Source of the DNA: Isoptericola halotolerans
GTDB lineage: Bacteria; Actinomycetota; Actinomycetes; Actinomycetales; Cellulomonadaceae
Assembly (NCBI RefSeq): GCF_013149785.1
Contig: NZ_JABEZU010000003.1
Coordinates: 1 to 64,000 of the forward strand
DNA length: 64,000 nt
Direction of reading: 5' to 3'
Of this stretch, positions 51,180-59,696 are shown piece by piece. The notes under the pieces are model-generated. The model saw only the letters and a program-made list of their open reading frames with translations. It was not told where the DNA came from and did not search any database. Every line of letters starts with the position of its first letter. Position 1 is the first letter of the stretch. Both the position numbers and the translations under genes were made by a program.

Positions 51180-52396
51180 GCCAGCATCCCCGTTTCCACG
51201 AACCTAATCACGATGTCGGCATCGAATGGTCCTTCTAGTTCCTGGTGAGCGCCGGTTTCCTTAAAGACGGCGAGCAAGTACATGTCGCCGTCAGCGAGGA
51301 GTTCGGCCGTGCAGGCGGTCCACTCAAGCAGCCATTCAAGGACGATCGAGCCGTCACCGTCGGCACCGATCGCGACGTGATGCTTAGCGAGCGCTAGACG
51401 TGTCACCAGCTCTTCGGCGTGGCGCAGGGCGGCACCCCCGGGCGCGCGCGTACTCGGACCCCACCAGCCGGGCTGGAGGTTGCCCAGCTCGCTCAGCCGA
51501 GCCATGAGTGCCTTCTCTGTCGCGGTTCGGACGATGGTCACCTGGTTGACGTCGTGGAGGCTCCTGACCTCGCCTCGGGAGTTGAACACTGCCGTGCCGC
51601 CCACCGTAACGTCAGGTGCGGTCACACCGTCGGCTGCAAGCACATCCTTGACGGTCTCGGCGACATTGCGCTCCTGGGCGCCAAGGTGGCAGGTGAGGCT
51701 GCCGCCTGCGGTCAGGTCCAGGCGGAAGGTGCCCTTCGACCCGTCGAACTCGGATATGACGCCTTCAGCCACGTGCCAGTCTGGCTCCGCCAGGACCTCG
51801 TCGATGAGCGCAACCGTGGCGCGAACGGTGGCCGTGAGCACCGCGTCCGTCTCTGGCTCATAGAGTTCCGCGTCCGAGCGTGGCTTGGCGAAGGCAATAG
51901 ATTCGTTCGGCTGAAGAGTCTTGCCCACCCTTTGAAGCTGGGGCAGAGCGGCGCGCGGGAACAACGCTGGCAGCCTGCGGTCGACCGCGACTGCGGCGAT
52001 CGTCTCGTTGACTATGTCGCGTGCGCGGACGAACAGTGGCCCTGGGTCCTCCTGGTCATCGTCGCGGTCGGCTGGGCGGGTGACCAGCTGCAAGACCGGC
52101 CGGGCGCTGCCTTCCTTGATGCCGATCAGCCGGAGGTCGAACGCGTCCCTTAGCCCACGGACGTAGCGCCGTTCAGGGTGCTCCTTAAGCCACTCTAGGC
52201 GTGCTACCTCGTAGAGGAGTTCGCTGTAGCGTTGAAGCTCCGCGGCAGCGGCCGTGGGCATGCCCAGCCCCGTGTCGAACCGTCCACCAGCCATGCGGAA
52301 GTAGACGAATCCGTCCCGGCTGGCCGCAGCCCTCTCTAGGCCGCGTCGAGCGTCGTCACGATCACTGCCGGTGACCTGGTCCTCATCGCTGGGCAT
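51176..52396 (-). CDS. Hypothetical multidomain protein, putative antitoxin/sensor
   Basis: 406-aa ORF with foreign codon usage; GGRFD and IKEGSA N-domain, OB-like GVISEFD..F middle, C-terminal RLSELGNLQPGWWGP..DGSIVLEW. Confidence 0.75.
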   Translation of the reverse strand: MPSDEDQVTGSDRDDARRGLERAAASRDGFVYFRMAGGRFDTGLGMPTAAAAELQRYSELLYEVARLEWLKEHPERRYVRGLRDAFDLRLIGIKEGSARPVLQLVTRPADRDDDQEDPGPLFVRARDIVNETIAAVAVDRRLPALFPRAALPQLQRVGKTLQPNESIAFAKPRSDAELYEPETDAVLTATVRATVALIDEVLAEPDWHVAEGVISEFDGSKGTFRLDLTAGGSLTCHLGAQERNVAETVKDVLAADGVTAPDVTVGGTAVFNSRGEVRSLHDVNQVTIVRTATEKALMARLSELGNLQPGWWGPSTRAPGGAALRHAEELVTRLALAKHHVAIGADGDGSIVLEWLLEWTACTAELLADGDMYLLAVFKETGAHQELEGPFDADIVIRFVETGMLA

Positions 52397-52765
52397 CTGC
52401 GTAGATTAGCGAGTGAATGTCAGGGGTGAGACCCAGAGCCGCTGCCCAACGAGTCTCGGAGACAGAATTCACCCAGCAGGGTCATCTCTCGGCCGTCGAG
52501 GCGATCGGTAGGGCGTACAGGAGCGCGAGGTCCTGTCGTCGCTGGCTCTCCCGCAGGCGGAGGTTCACGCCCCGGGCCGGCTCGCGGGCGCCCCCGATCC
52601 TCTTCACTGGTTGGGGCGTAGAAGCCGCCGAGGCATCTGCAGCGACTCGCTTTGCGCACGAACTAGGTACGCTGACACGCTTCCAGAGATGGCTGGATTC
52701 GTGCCCCTTCCGGATGTCGCGCCAGTCACGGTGATCTCGACGACGCCGGCCAGGTCGCCTGTACT

Positions 52766-55700
52766 TCACACGGAGAAGTACTTGCACTCAGGATGATGCA
52801 GCACGAACGCGTCCGTCGACTGCTCCGGGTGCAGCTGCAGCTCGTCGCTCAGCGTCACACCGACACGTTCGGGCCTGAGCAGCTCGACGACCTTCCGGCG
52901 GTCCTCCATGTCGGGGCACGCGGGGTACCCGAGCGACATCCGCGCACCGCGGTACTCCAGCTTGAACATGCCCTCGACGTTCTCCGGGTCCTCGTCGGCG
53001 AACCCGAGCTCGGAGCGCACGCGCGCATGCCAGAACTCGGCCAGCGCCTCGGTGAGCTGCACGGACAGCCCGTGCAGCTCCATGTACTCGCGGTACTTGT
53101 TCGCCTCGAACAGCTTCGCCGTGTACGCGGACACCGGCTCACCCACAGTGGCGAGCTGGATGGGCAGCACGTCGAACTGCCCTGTCTCCTCGACCCACGG
53201 CTTCGGCCGGATGAAGTCGGCCAGGCACAGGTGCCGGTCGCGCTTCTGGCGGGGGAAGGTGAAGCGCAGCCGCTCCGTCCCCGGCTGACCGCCGGAGCCG
53301 CCGTCGGGCGCCCCGATCTCGCCGGACGGCCCCGTCATGCCGGGCCCGTGGTGCGCGACGACGATGTCGTCACCTTCTGACCACACGGGGAAGTACCCGT
53401 ACACCACGGTCGGGTCCATGACCTGGTCCCGGCGGATCGTCGCCAGCCACTCGGCCAGACGTGGACGCCCCTCGGTCTCCACCAGCTCCTCGTACGAGGC
53501 GCCGTCGTCCCCGCGCCCCGGCTTGAGGCCCCACTGGCCCATGAAGGTCGCGCGCTCGTCGAGGAATGCCGCGTAGTCGGCAAGCTGGATGCCCTTGACC
53601 ACGCGGGTGCCCCAGAACGGGGGAGCGGGGACGGGGTTGTCGGCGGCGACGTCGGAGCGCGTCGGCAGGTCCTCCGGCGCGGTCTCGGTGACCTTGACGA
53701 CGTTGTGCCGGCGCTTGCGCAGCGCGGGCAGCCCGACGTCGTCGGGTGAGGCGCCGCGCGCCACCGCGACCAGCGGCTCCATGAGCCGCAGACCCTCGAA
53801 CGCGTCGCGGGCGTAGCGCACGACGCCGGGGAACTGCGACGCGAGGTCGTCCTCGACGAACGTCCGCGTCAGCGCCGCGCCGCCGAGCAGGATCGGCCAC
53901 TTCTTCGCGAGCCCCCGCGACTCCAGCTCCGCGAGGTTCTCCTTCATCACCACGGTCGACTTCACCAGCAGCCCGGACATGCCGATGACGTCGGCGTCGT
54001 GCTCCTCGGCGGCCTCGATCATCGCGGAGATCGGCTGCTTGATGCCGATGTTGATCACGGTGTAGCCGTTGTTGGTCAGGATGATGTCCACGAGGTTCTT
54101 GCCGATGTCGTGCACGTCGCCGCGCACGGTGGCGAGCACGATGACGCCCTTGGACTGCTCCTCGGCCCCTTCGACCTTCTCCATGTGCGGTTCGAGGATC
54201 GCGACGGCAGCCTTCATCACCTCGGCGGACTGCAGCACGAACGGCAGCTGCATCTGCCCGGAACCGAACAGCTCGCCGACCACCTTCATGCCGCCCAGCA
54301 GGTGGGTGTTGACGATGTCGAGCGCCTTCATCCCGTCGGCCAGCGCCGTCTCGAGGTCGCCCTCCAGACCCTTGCGGGCGCCGTCGATGATGCGGCGCTC
54401 CAGCCGCTCGCCCACGGGCAGCGCCTCGAGCTCGGCGGCGCGCTGGTCGCGCAGCGCCGCGGAGTCCACGCCGGAGAACGTCTCCAGCAGGTGGGACAGC
54501 GGGTCGTGCGTGAGGTTGCCCTCGTCGTCGTAGACGCGCCGGTCCCACACGAGGTTGTCCGCGGCCTCCCACTGCTCGTCCGGGATGGCGGTGCGGGGCA
54601 GGATCTTCGCGGCGTGCACGATGGCGGAGTCCAGCCCGGCCTGCACGCAGTGGTGCAGGAACACCGAGTTGAGCACGGTGCGGGCCGCCGGGTTGAGCCC
54701 GAACGACACGTTCGAGACGCCCAGCGTGGTGTGCACCTCGGGGTAGCGGCGGGTGAGCTCGCGGATCGCCTCGATCGTCTCGATGGCGTCGCGGCGCGTC
54801 TCCTCCTGGCCGGTCGCGATGGGGAACGTGAGGGTGTCGACGATGATGTCGTCCACCCGCATGCCCCAGTCGTCCACCAGCGTGTCGATGAGTCGCGAGG
54901 CGATGGCCACCTTGGTCTCGGCGGTGCGGGCCTGGCCCTCCTCGTCGATGGTCAGGGCGATGACGGCGGCCCCGTGCTCCTTGACCGCGGGCATGATCCG
55001 CTGGAACCGGGAGCCCGGCCCGTCGCCGTCCTCGAAGTTCACCGAGTTCACCACCGCGCGCCCACCCACGAGCTCCAGCCCGGCGCGGATCACTTCCGGC
55101 TCCGTGGAGTCGATCACCAGCGGCAGGGTCGACGCCGAGGCCAGCCGGGAGACGACCTCACGGACGTCCTGGACGCCGTCGCGCCCCACGTAGTCGACGC
55201 AGACGTCCAGCAGGTGCGCGCCGTCGCGGGTCTGGGCGCGGGCGATGTCGACGACGTCGTCCCAACGGGACTCCAGCATCGCCTCGCGGAACGCCTTGGA
55301 CCCGTTGGCGTTGGTGCGCTCGCCGATCGCCAGGTACGAGGCGTCCTGGCTCAGGTCGGTGTGCGAGTACAGGGAGGCGACGCCGTTCTCACGCTCCACC
55401 TCGCGCGGGGGCAGCTCGCGCCCGCGCACGGCCTCGACCACCTGGCGCAGGTGCTCCGGCGTCGTGCCGCAGCAGCCGCCCACCATGCCGAGGGAGAACT
55501 CGCTGACGAACTGCGTGTGCGCCGCGGCCAGCTCCTCGGGCGAGAGGGGGTAGACGGCGCCGTCCGGGCCGAGCTCCGGCAGCCCGGCGTTCGGCATGCA
55601 CGTCACCGGCACCTCGGAGTGCCGGGCCAGGTGGCGCAGGTGCTCGCTCATCTGGTCGGGTCCGGTGGCACAGTTCAGGCCGATCGCGTCCACGCCCACG

Positions 55701-56389
55701 GCCTGCAGGGTGGTCAGGGCCGCGCCGATCTCGGAGCCCATGAGCATGGTGCCGGTGGTCTCGACCGTCACCGAGGCGATGACGGGCACCGAGCGGCCGA
55801 CGCCGCCCTCGGCGACCGGACGCATCGCGTCGTGGCACGCCGTGACCGCCGCCTTGGTCTGCAGCAGGTCCTGGCTCGTCTCGACCAGCAGGGCGTCCGC
55901 GCCGCCCTCCAGGAGCCCGGCGGCCTGCTCGGCGAACGTCTCGCGCAGGTTCGCGTACGTGGTGTGACCCAGCGACGGCAGCTTGGTGCCCGGACCCATC
56001 GAGCCCAGCACCCAGCGCGGGTAGTCGGGCGTGGCGAAGGCGTCGGCGCGCTCGCGGGCGATCGCTGCACCGGCGCGGGCCAGCTCGCGGATGCGGTGGT
56101 CGATGCCGTAGTCCGACAGGTTGGACCAGTTCGCACCGAAGGTGTTGCTCTCGATCGCGTCGACGCCGACGGCGAGGAACTCGTCGTGCAGGCTGCCGAT
56201 GAGGTCGGGCCGGGTGACGTTGAGGACCTCGTTGCAGCCCTCGTGCTGCTCGTAGTCGTCCATCGAGGGGTCGGCCGCCTGGATCATCGTGCCCATCGCG
56301 CCGTCGGCCACCACCACGCGGGTGTGCAGCGCCTCCCGCAGGGCGGCGGAGCGGGCGTCGGCAGCGGAGAGATCGAGCGTCGAGGTCAC
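52766..56389 (-). CDS. metH: Cobalamin-dependent methionine synthase
   Basis: DGAMGT, GGCCGT, GERTNANGS, GDVHDIGKNLV...MSGLL and GYPACP motifs; start at GTG 56389 with TACTCT -10. Confidence 0.97.
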   Translation of the reverse strand: MTSTLDLSAADARSAALREALHTRVVVADGAMGTMIQAADPSMDDYEQHEGCNEVLNVTRPDLIGSLHDEFLAVGVDAIESNTFGANWSNLSDYGIDHRIRELARAGAAIARERADAFATPDYPRWVLGSMGPGTKLPSLGHTTYANLRETFAEQAAGLLEGGADALLVETSQDLLQTKAAVTACHDAMRPVAEGGVGRSVPVIASVTVETTGTMLMGSEIGAALTTLQAVGVDAIGLNCATGPDQMSEHLRHLARHSEVPVTCMPNAGLPELGPDGAVYPLSPEELAAAHTQFVSEFSLGMVGGCCGTTPEHLRQVVEAVRGRELPPREVERENGVASLYSHTDLSQDASYLAIGERTNANGSKAFREAMLESRWDDVVDIARAQTRDGAHLLDVCVDYVGRDGVQDVREVVSRLASASTLPLVIDSTEPEVIRAGLELVGGRAVVNSVNFEDGDGPGSRFQRIMPAVKEHGAAVIALTIDEEGQARTAETKVAIASRLIDTLVDDWGMRVDDIIVDTLTFPIATGQEETRRDAIETIEAIRELTRRYPEVHTTLGVSNVSFGLNPAARTVLNSVFLHHCVQAGLDSAIVHAAKILPRTAIPDEQWEAADNLVWDRRVYDDEGNLTHDPLSHLLETFSGVDSAALRDQRAAELEALPVGERLERRIIDGARKGLEGDLETALADGMKALDIVNTHLLGGMKVVGELFGSGQMQLPFVLQSAEVMKAAVAILEPHMEKVEGAEEQSKGVIVLATVRGDVHDIGKNLVDIILTNNGYTVINIGIKQPISAMIEAAEEHDADVIGMSGLLVKSTVVMKENLAELESRGLAKKWPILLGGAALTRTFVEDDLASQFPGVVRYARDAFEGLRLMEPLVAVARGASPDDVGLPALRKRRHNVVKVTETAPEDLPTRSDVAADNPVPAPPFWGTRVVKGIQLADYAAFLDERATFMGQWGLKPGRGDDGASYEELVETEGRPRLAEWLATIRRDQVMDPTVVYGYFPVWSEGDDIVVAHHGPGMTGPSGEIGAPDGGSGGQPGTERLRFTFPRQKRDRHLCLADFIRPKPWVEETGQFDVLPIQLATVGEPVSAYTAKLFEANKYREYMELHGLSVQLTEALAEFWHARVRSELGFADEDPENVEGMFKLEYRGARMSLGYPACPDMEDRRKVVELLRPERVGVTLSDELQLHPEQSTDAFVLHHPECKYFSV

Positions 56390-56458
56390 CGGCCCAGAGT
56401 AGTCGCGACGCCACATATCCCGATGCGGTGACTGCCTCATGAGACCTACCCTCGGGGC

Positions 56459-57583
56459 ATGGCCGCCACGCAGACCTCGACCCATCTCGCCCCGATCGCC
56501 GAACGGGCGGACGCCCCGGCGTCCCTTCCCTCGATCACCGCGGGGGACCTGACCTGGCGGCCCGCGGTCGCCGACGACGCGCCGGCGCTGCTCGACCTGC
56601 GCAACACCATCGCCGAGGCCGACGCCGAGCCGTACCGCGAGACGCTCGAGGAGATCACCGACCTGTTCGACGCCCCGTGGCGCCGCTTCGACACCGACTC
56701 CCTGCTGGGCGTCGACGCCGAGGGCACCCTGCGGGCCTACGGGTTCGTGGAGACCATGCCGGGGGACACCCGCACGGTCCGCGCCTTCCTCTTCGGCGGC
56801 GTGCACCCGGACCGCCGGGGCGAGGGCATCGGCCGTGAGCTGTTCGCGTGGCAGCTCGCCCGCGGACGGCAGGTGCTGGCGGCCTCCGGCAAGGACCTGC
56901 CCGCCCGCCTCGGCGTCTTCGCCGAGGACGACGGCCCGGTCGCCAAGCTGCACCTCTACGAGCGCGCGGGGCTCGCGCCCCGCCGCTTCTACACCGAGAT
57001 GCGACGCGACCTGCGCGACCTGGCGGGCGCCCCGCTGCCCGAGGTCGAGCTCGCGGGCTCGCTGCGCCTCGTGCCGTTCAGCGACGAGTACGACGACGCC
57101 GCGCGCCTGGCGCACAACGACGCGTTCCGCGACCACTGGGGCAGCGAGCCGCAGACCCCCGAGCAGTGGAGCCGAGGACGCACGGCCTTCGTGCCGCAGT
57201 GGTCCTACCTCGTCGTGGACGACGCCCCCGACGTCGAGGCGCTCGTCGCCGACCCGGACACCGACGCCGAGACCGCCGCCGCGCTGCGCGCCGGAGAGCC
57301 GCTGGTCGTGGCCTACGAGATGGCCGCCCGGTTCGACGAGGACTTCGAGGTCAAGGGATACACCTTCGGGTACACCGAGCTGCTCGGGACGCGCCGCGCC
57401 TACCGGGGCCGCAAGGCGGGCCTGGCGGCGCTCGCGGCCGGCATGCGTGCCTTCGCCGCCGACGGCATGGAGTACGCGGGCCTGGACGTCGACACCGCCA
57501 ACCCCTCGGGCGCGCACGGCATGTACGCGGCCCTCGGCTTCGAGGTCACGCACTCCTCGCGGATGCTCTCGATCGAGCTGTAG
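56459..57583 (+). CDS. Tandem GNAT acetyltransferase
   Basis: VHPDRRGEGIGRELF, AFRDHWG and RRAYRGRK..LDVDTANPSGA..Y..LGF motifs. Confidence 0.9.
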   Translation: MAATQTSTHLAPIAERADAPASLPSITAGDLTWRPAVADDAPALLDLRNTIAEADAEPYRETLEEITDLFDAPWRRFDTDSLLGVDAEGTLRAYGFVETMPGDTRTVRAFLFGGVHPDRRGEGIGRELFAWQLARGRQVLAASGKDLPARLGVFAEDDGPVAKLHLYERAGLAPRRFYTEMRRDLRDLAGAPLPEVELAGSLRLVPFSDEYDDAARLAHNDAFRDHWGSEPQTPEQWSRGRTAFVPQWSYLVVDDAPDVEALVADPDTDAETAAALRAGEPLVVAYEMAARFDEDFEVKGYTFGYTELLGTRRAYRGRKAGLAALAAGMRAFAADGMEYAGLDVDTANPSGAHGMYAALGFEVTHSSRMLSIEL

Positions 57584-57600
57584 GCGCTACGCTCCCACGG

Positions 57601-58287
57601 GTGACTGCCGCCCCTGCCGACCGCCCGTTGCTGAGCTCGCGCGCCGCCCGCGTCGCGGCCGGCGTCCTCGCCGCGCTCGCCGTCGTGCACCTGGTGGCGC
57701 AGCTCCTCGACCTCACTCCGGTGGCCGATGCCACCCAGTGGTTCCTCATGCCGGCGCTCGCGGCCACCCTCTGGTGCACGACGACGTCGCCCCGGTCGCG
57801 CCTGGTGCGCCTGACCCTCGTCGCGCTCGGCTTCTCCTGGGTGGGCGACACCCTGCCCGACGGGTTCTCCGGCGACGCGGCCTACCTGGCGATGGTCGGT
57901 GCGTTCCTCTGCGCCCAGGTGATGTACGTGGTGGCGTTCTGGCCCCACCGGCGCGAGTCGGTGCTGGTGCGTCACCCGGCGGCCTCCGCGGTGTACGTGT
58001 TCCTGGCCGTCATGCTGGTGGCCACGTCGCTGCCGGGCGCGCCCGGCGTGCTGGGGGTCGCCGTCGTCGTCTACGCGGTGTGCCTGACCTCCATGGCGGT
58101 GCTGGCCACGGGCGTGCACGGGCTCGCCGCGATCGGCGGCCTGCTGTTCCTCTTCTCCGACGCGATGATCGCGCTCGGCCTGTTCGCCGACGCCGTGCCG
58201 CCCCTGTCCGAGTTCTGGATCATGGCGTCCTACGTGCTGGGTCAGGTGTTGATCGTCGCCGGGGTGGTGGCGCGTCAGCGCGGCTGA
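57601..58287 (+). CDS. YhhN/lysoplasmalogenase family membrane protein
   Basis: LMP.LA, FSWVGD, GAFL.AQ, LF.FSDAMIA and IM.SY..GQ motifs. Confidence 0.88.
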   Translation: MTAAPADRPLLSSRAARVAAGVLAALAVVHLVAQLLDLTPVADATQWFLMPALAATLWCTTTSPRSRLVRLTLVALGFSWVGDTLPDGFSGDAAYLAMVGAFLCAQVMYVVAFWPHRRESVLVRHPAASAVYVFLAVMLVATSLPGAPGVLGVAVVVYAVCLTSMAVLATGVHGLAAIGGLLFLFSDAMIALGLFADAVPPLSEFWIMASYVLGQVLIVAGVVARQRG

Positions 58288-58694
58288 GACGTGCGCTGGA
58301 GCCACGCCTCCGGTTCGTCCAGGCCGGTGAACCCGGCGCGCAGGTACACTCCGCGGGCCTCGGGGGCGGCCTTGAGCAGGACCCTCTTGAGGCCGAGGGT
58401 GTCCAGGTCGGCCAGCGCGCCGTCCACGAGCCGCGTGCCGAGCCCTCGCCCACGGTGCGCCGGGTCGACGATCACGTCCGCCAACCAGGCGAAGGTGACG
58501 CCGTCGGTCACCGCGCGGGCGTAGGCGATCTGCTCGCCGGTGGCCGTGTAGATCCCGTAGTTGCGCGAGGCGGCGATCGCGGCGTCCTGGGTGGCTCGGG
58601 TGCGGCCGGCGGCCCAGTAGGCGTGCTCGCTCAGCAGCTGGTGCACGCGGGCGTGGTCGAGGCGGGCCGGGTCGGCAGAGAACTCGTCGGTCAC
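58275..58694 (-). CDS. GNAT N-acetyltransferase
   Basis: AYWAAGR, YARAVTD..FAWLADVIVDPAHRGRGLG motifs. Confidence 0.92.
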   Translation of the reverse strand: MTDEFSADPARLDHARVHQLLSEHAYWAAGRTRATQDAAIAASRNYGIYTATGEQIAYARAVTDGVTFAWLADVIVDPAHRGRGLGTRLVDGALADLDTLGLKRVLLKAAPEARGVYLRAGFTGLDEPEAWLQRTSQPR

Positions 58695-58737
58695 GGGGCG
58701 ATCCAAGCATGCGGGCGCCGGGTGGGGCGCACGGCTC

Positions 58738-58833
58738 TCACGATGCGACGGTCTCCTCGCGGCGGAGGAGCGCGGCGTCCAGGTAGTCGGCGCCGAAGGT
58801 GCTCTTGCGCTGGTCCAGCGTGCCCGGGCGCAT
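58738..58833 (-). CDS. Possible 31-aa leaderless small ORF or gene remnant
   Basis: TAGCGT-N6-ATG; MRPGTLDQRKSTFGADYLDAALLRREETVAS with host-like GC3 codons. Confidence 0.4.
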   Translation of the reverse strand: MRPGTLDQRKSTFGADYLDAALLRREETVAS

Positions 58834-58883
58834 CTGCTCACGCTACCGGCGTGAGTGTCGGTGGTCACACCTACGCTCGGGGC

Positions 58884-59603
58884 ATGGACATCATCCTGGT
58901 ACCCGGATTCTGGTTGAGCGCGTCTGCCTGGGACGCCGTCACCCCGCCGCTCGTGGCCGCGGGCCACACCGTCCACCCGTTCACGCTGCCGGGGATGGGC
59001 TCGGTCGACGACGACCGGTCCGGCATCACCCTGGAGGACCACGTCGGTGCCGTGGTGGCGGCGGTCGACGCGCTGGACGACGCGCAGGTGGTCCTGGTGG
59101 GACATTCCGGTGGCGCGGCGGTCATCCACATGGTCGCGGATCGCCGTCCCGGGCGGGTCGTCCGCAACGTCTACGTCGACTCGGTGCCGATGGGGCACGG
59201 CAGCGTCATCAACGACGAGCTGCCCGTCGTGGGCGACGAGATCCCGCTGCCCGACTGGTCGGTCTTCGACGAGCCCGACCTGGTGGGCCTCGACGACGAC
59301 CTGCGGGCGCGGTTCCGCGCGGCCGCGGTCCCGACGCCGGCCCGCGTGGCGTCCGATCCCGTCGTCCTGAGCGACGAGCGGCGCTACGAGGTGCCGACCA
59401 CGGTCATCGCCTGCGAGGCGTTCGAGGGCTTCGACAGCCCGAGCTCGATGTACCGGCACTTCATGGGTGCGGGCTCGCCGTACACGGCGGAGCTGGCAGC
59501 GATGCACGACTACGAGATCGTCGACCTGCCCACGGGCCACTGGCCGATGTTCACCCGTCCGGTCGAGCTGGGGGAGGCGATCGCCGCCGCCGTCTCGCGC
59601 TGA
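58884..59603 (+). CDS. Alpha/beta fold hydrolase (esterase)
   Basis: LVPGFW, GHSGG nucleophile and TGHWPMF motifs. Confidence 0.92.
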   Translation: MDIILVPGFWLSASAWDAVTPPLVAAGHTVHPFTLPGMGSVDDDRSGITLEDHVGAVVAAVDALDDAQVVLVGHSGGAAVIHMVADRRPGRVVRNVYVDSVPMGHGSVINDELPVVGDEIPLPDWSVFDEPDLVGLDDDLRARFRAAAVPTPARVASDPVVLSDERRYEVPTTVIACEAFEGFDSPSSMYRHFMGAGSPYTAELAAMHDYEIVDLPTGHWPMFTRPVELGEAIAAAVSR

Positions 59604-59696
59604 CGGGCGGCTGGCGCCCGCGGACCGATGTGCGGTGGCCAAGGACTCCGAGACTCGCGCCCTGTCTGACCCTCGCCATGTCGAGCCTCGGCGTGG

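Larger units (their letters stand above)
49118..52765. mobile_element. Lower-GC horizontally acquired islet (no integrase or att sites seen)
   Basis: Visibly more A/T-ending codons, several CTAG and TTAA words rare elsewhere, and non-core genes. Confidence 0.6.

Noticed and set aside
52397..52765. Short ORFs or ncRNA between the 406-aa gene and metH (also 50546-50762)
   Set aside because: No convincing start signal, motif or stable structure. They may be decayed gene remnants, but I cannot support that.
52766..57553. 1595-aa ORF as an N-terminally extended MetH fusion
   Set aside because: The extra ~390 aa are the antisense shadow of the GNAT gene at 56459-57583. MetH motifs and a -10 box place the start at 56389.
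56835..59603. 922-aa ORF
   Set aside because: An Arg/Pro-rich off-frame read-through; only the last 239 aa (alpha/beta hydrolase from 58884) are credible.
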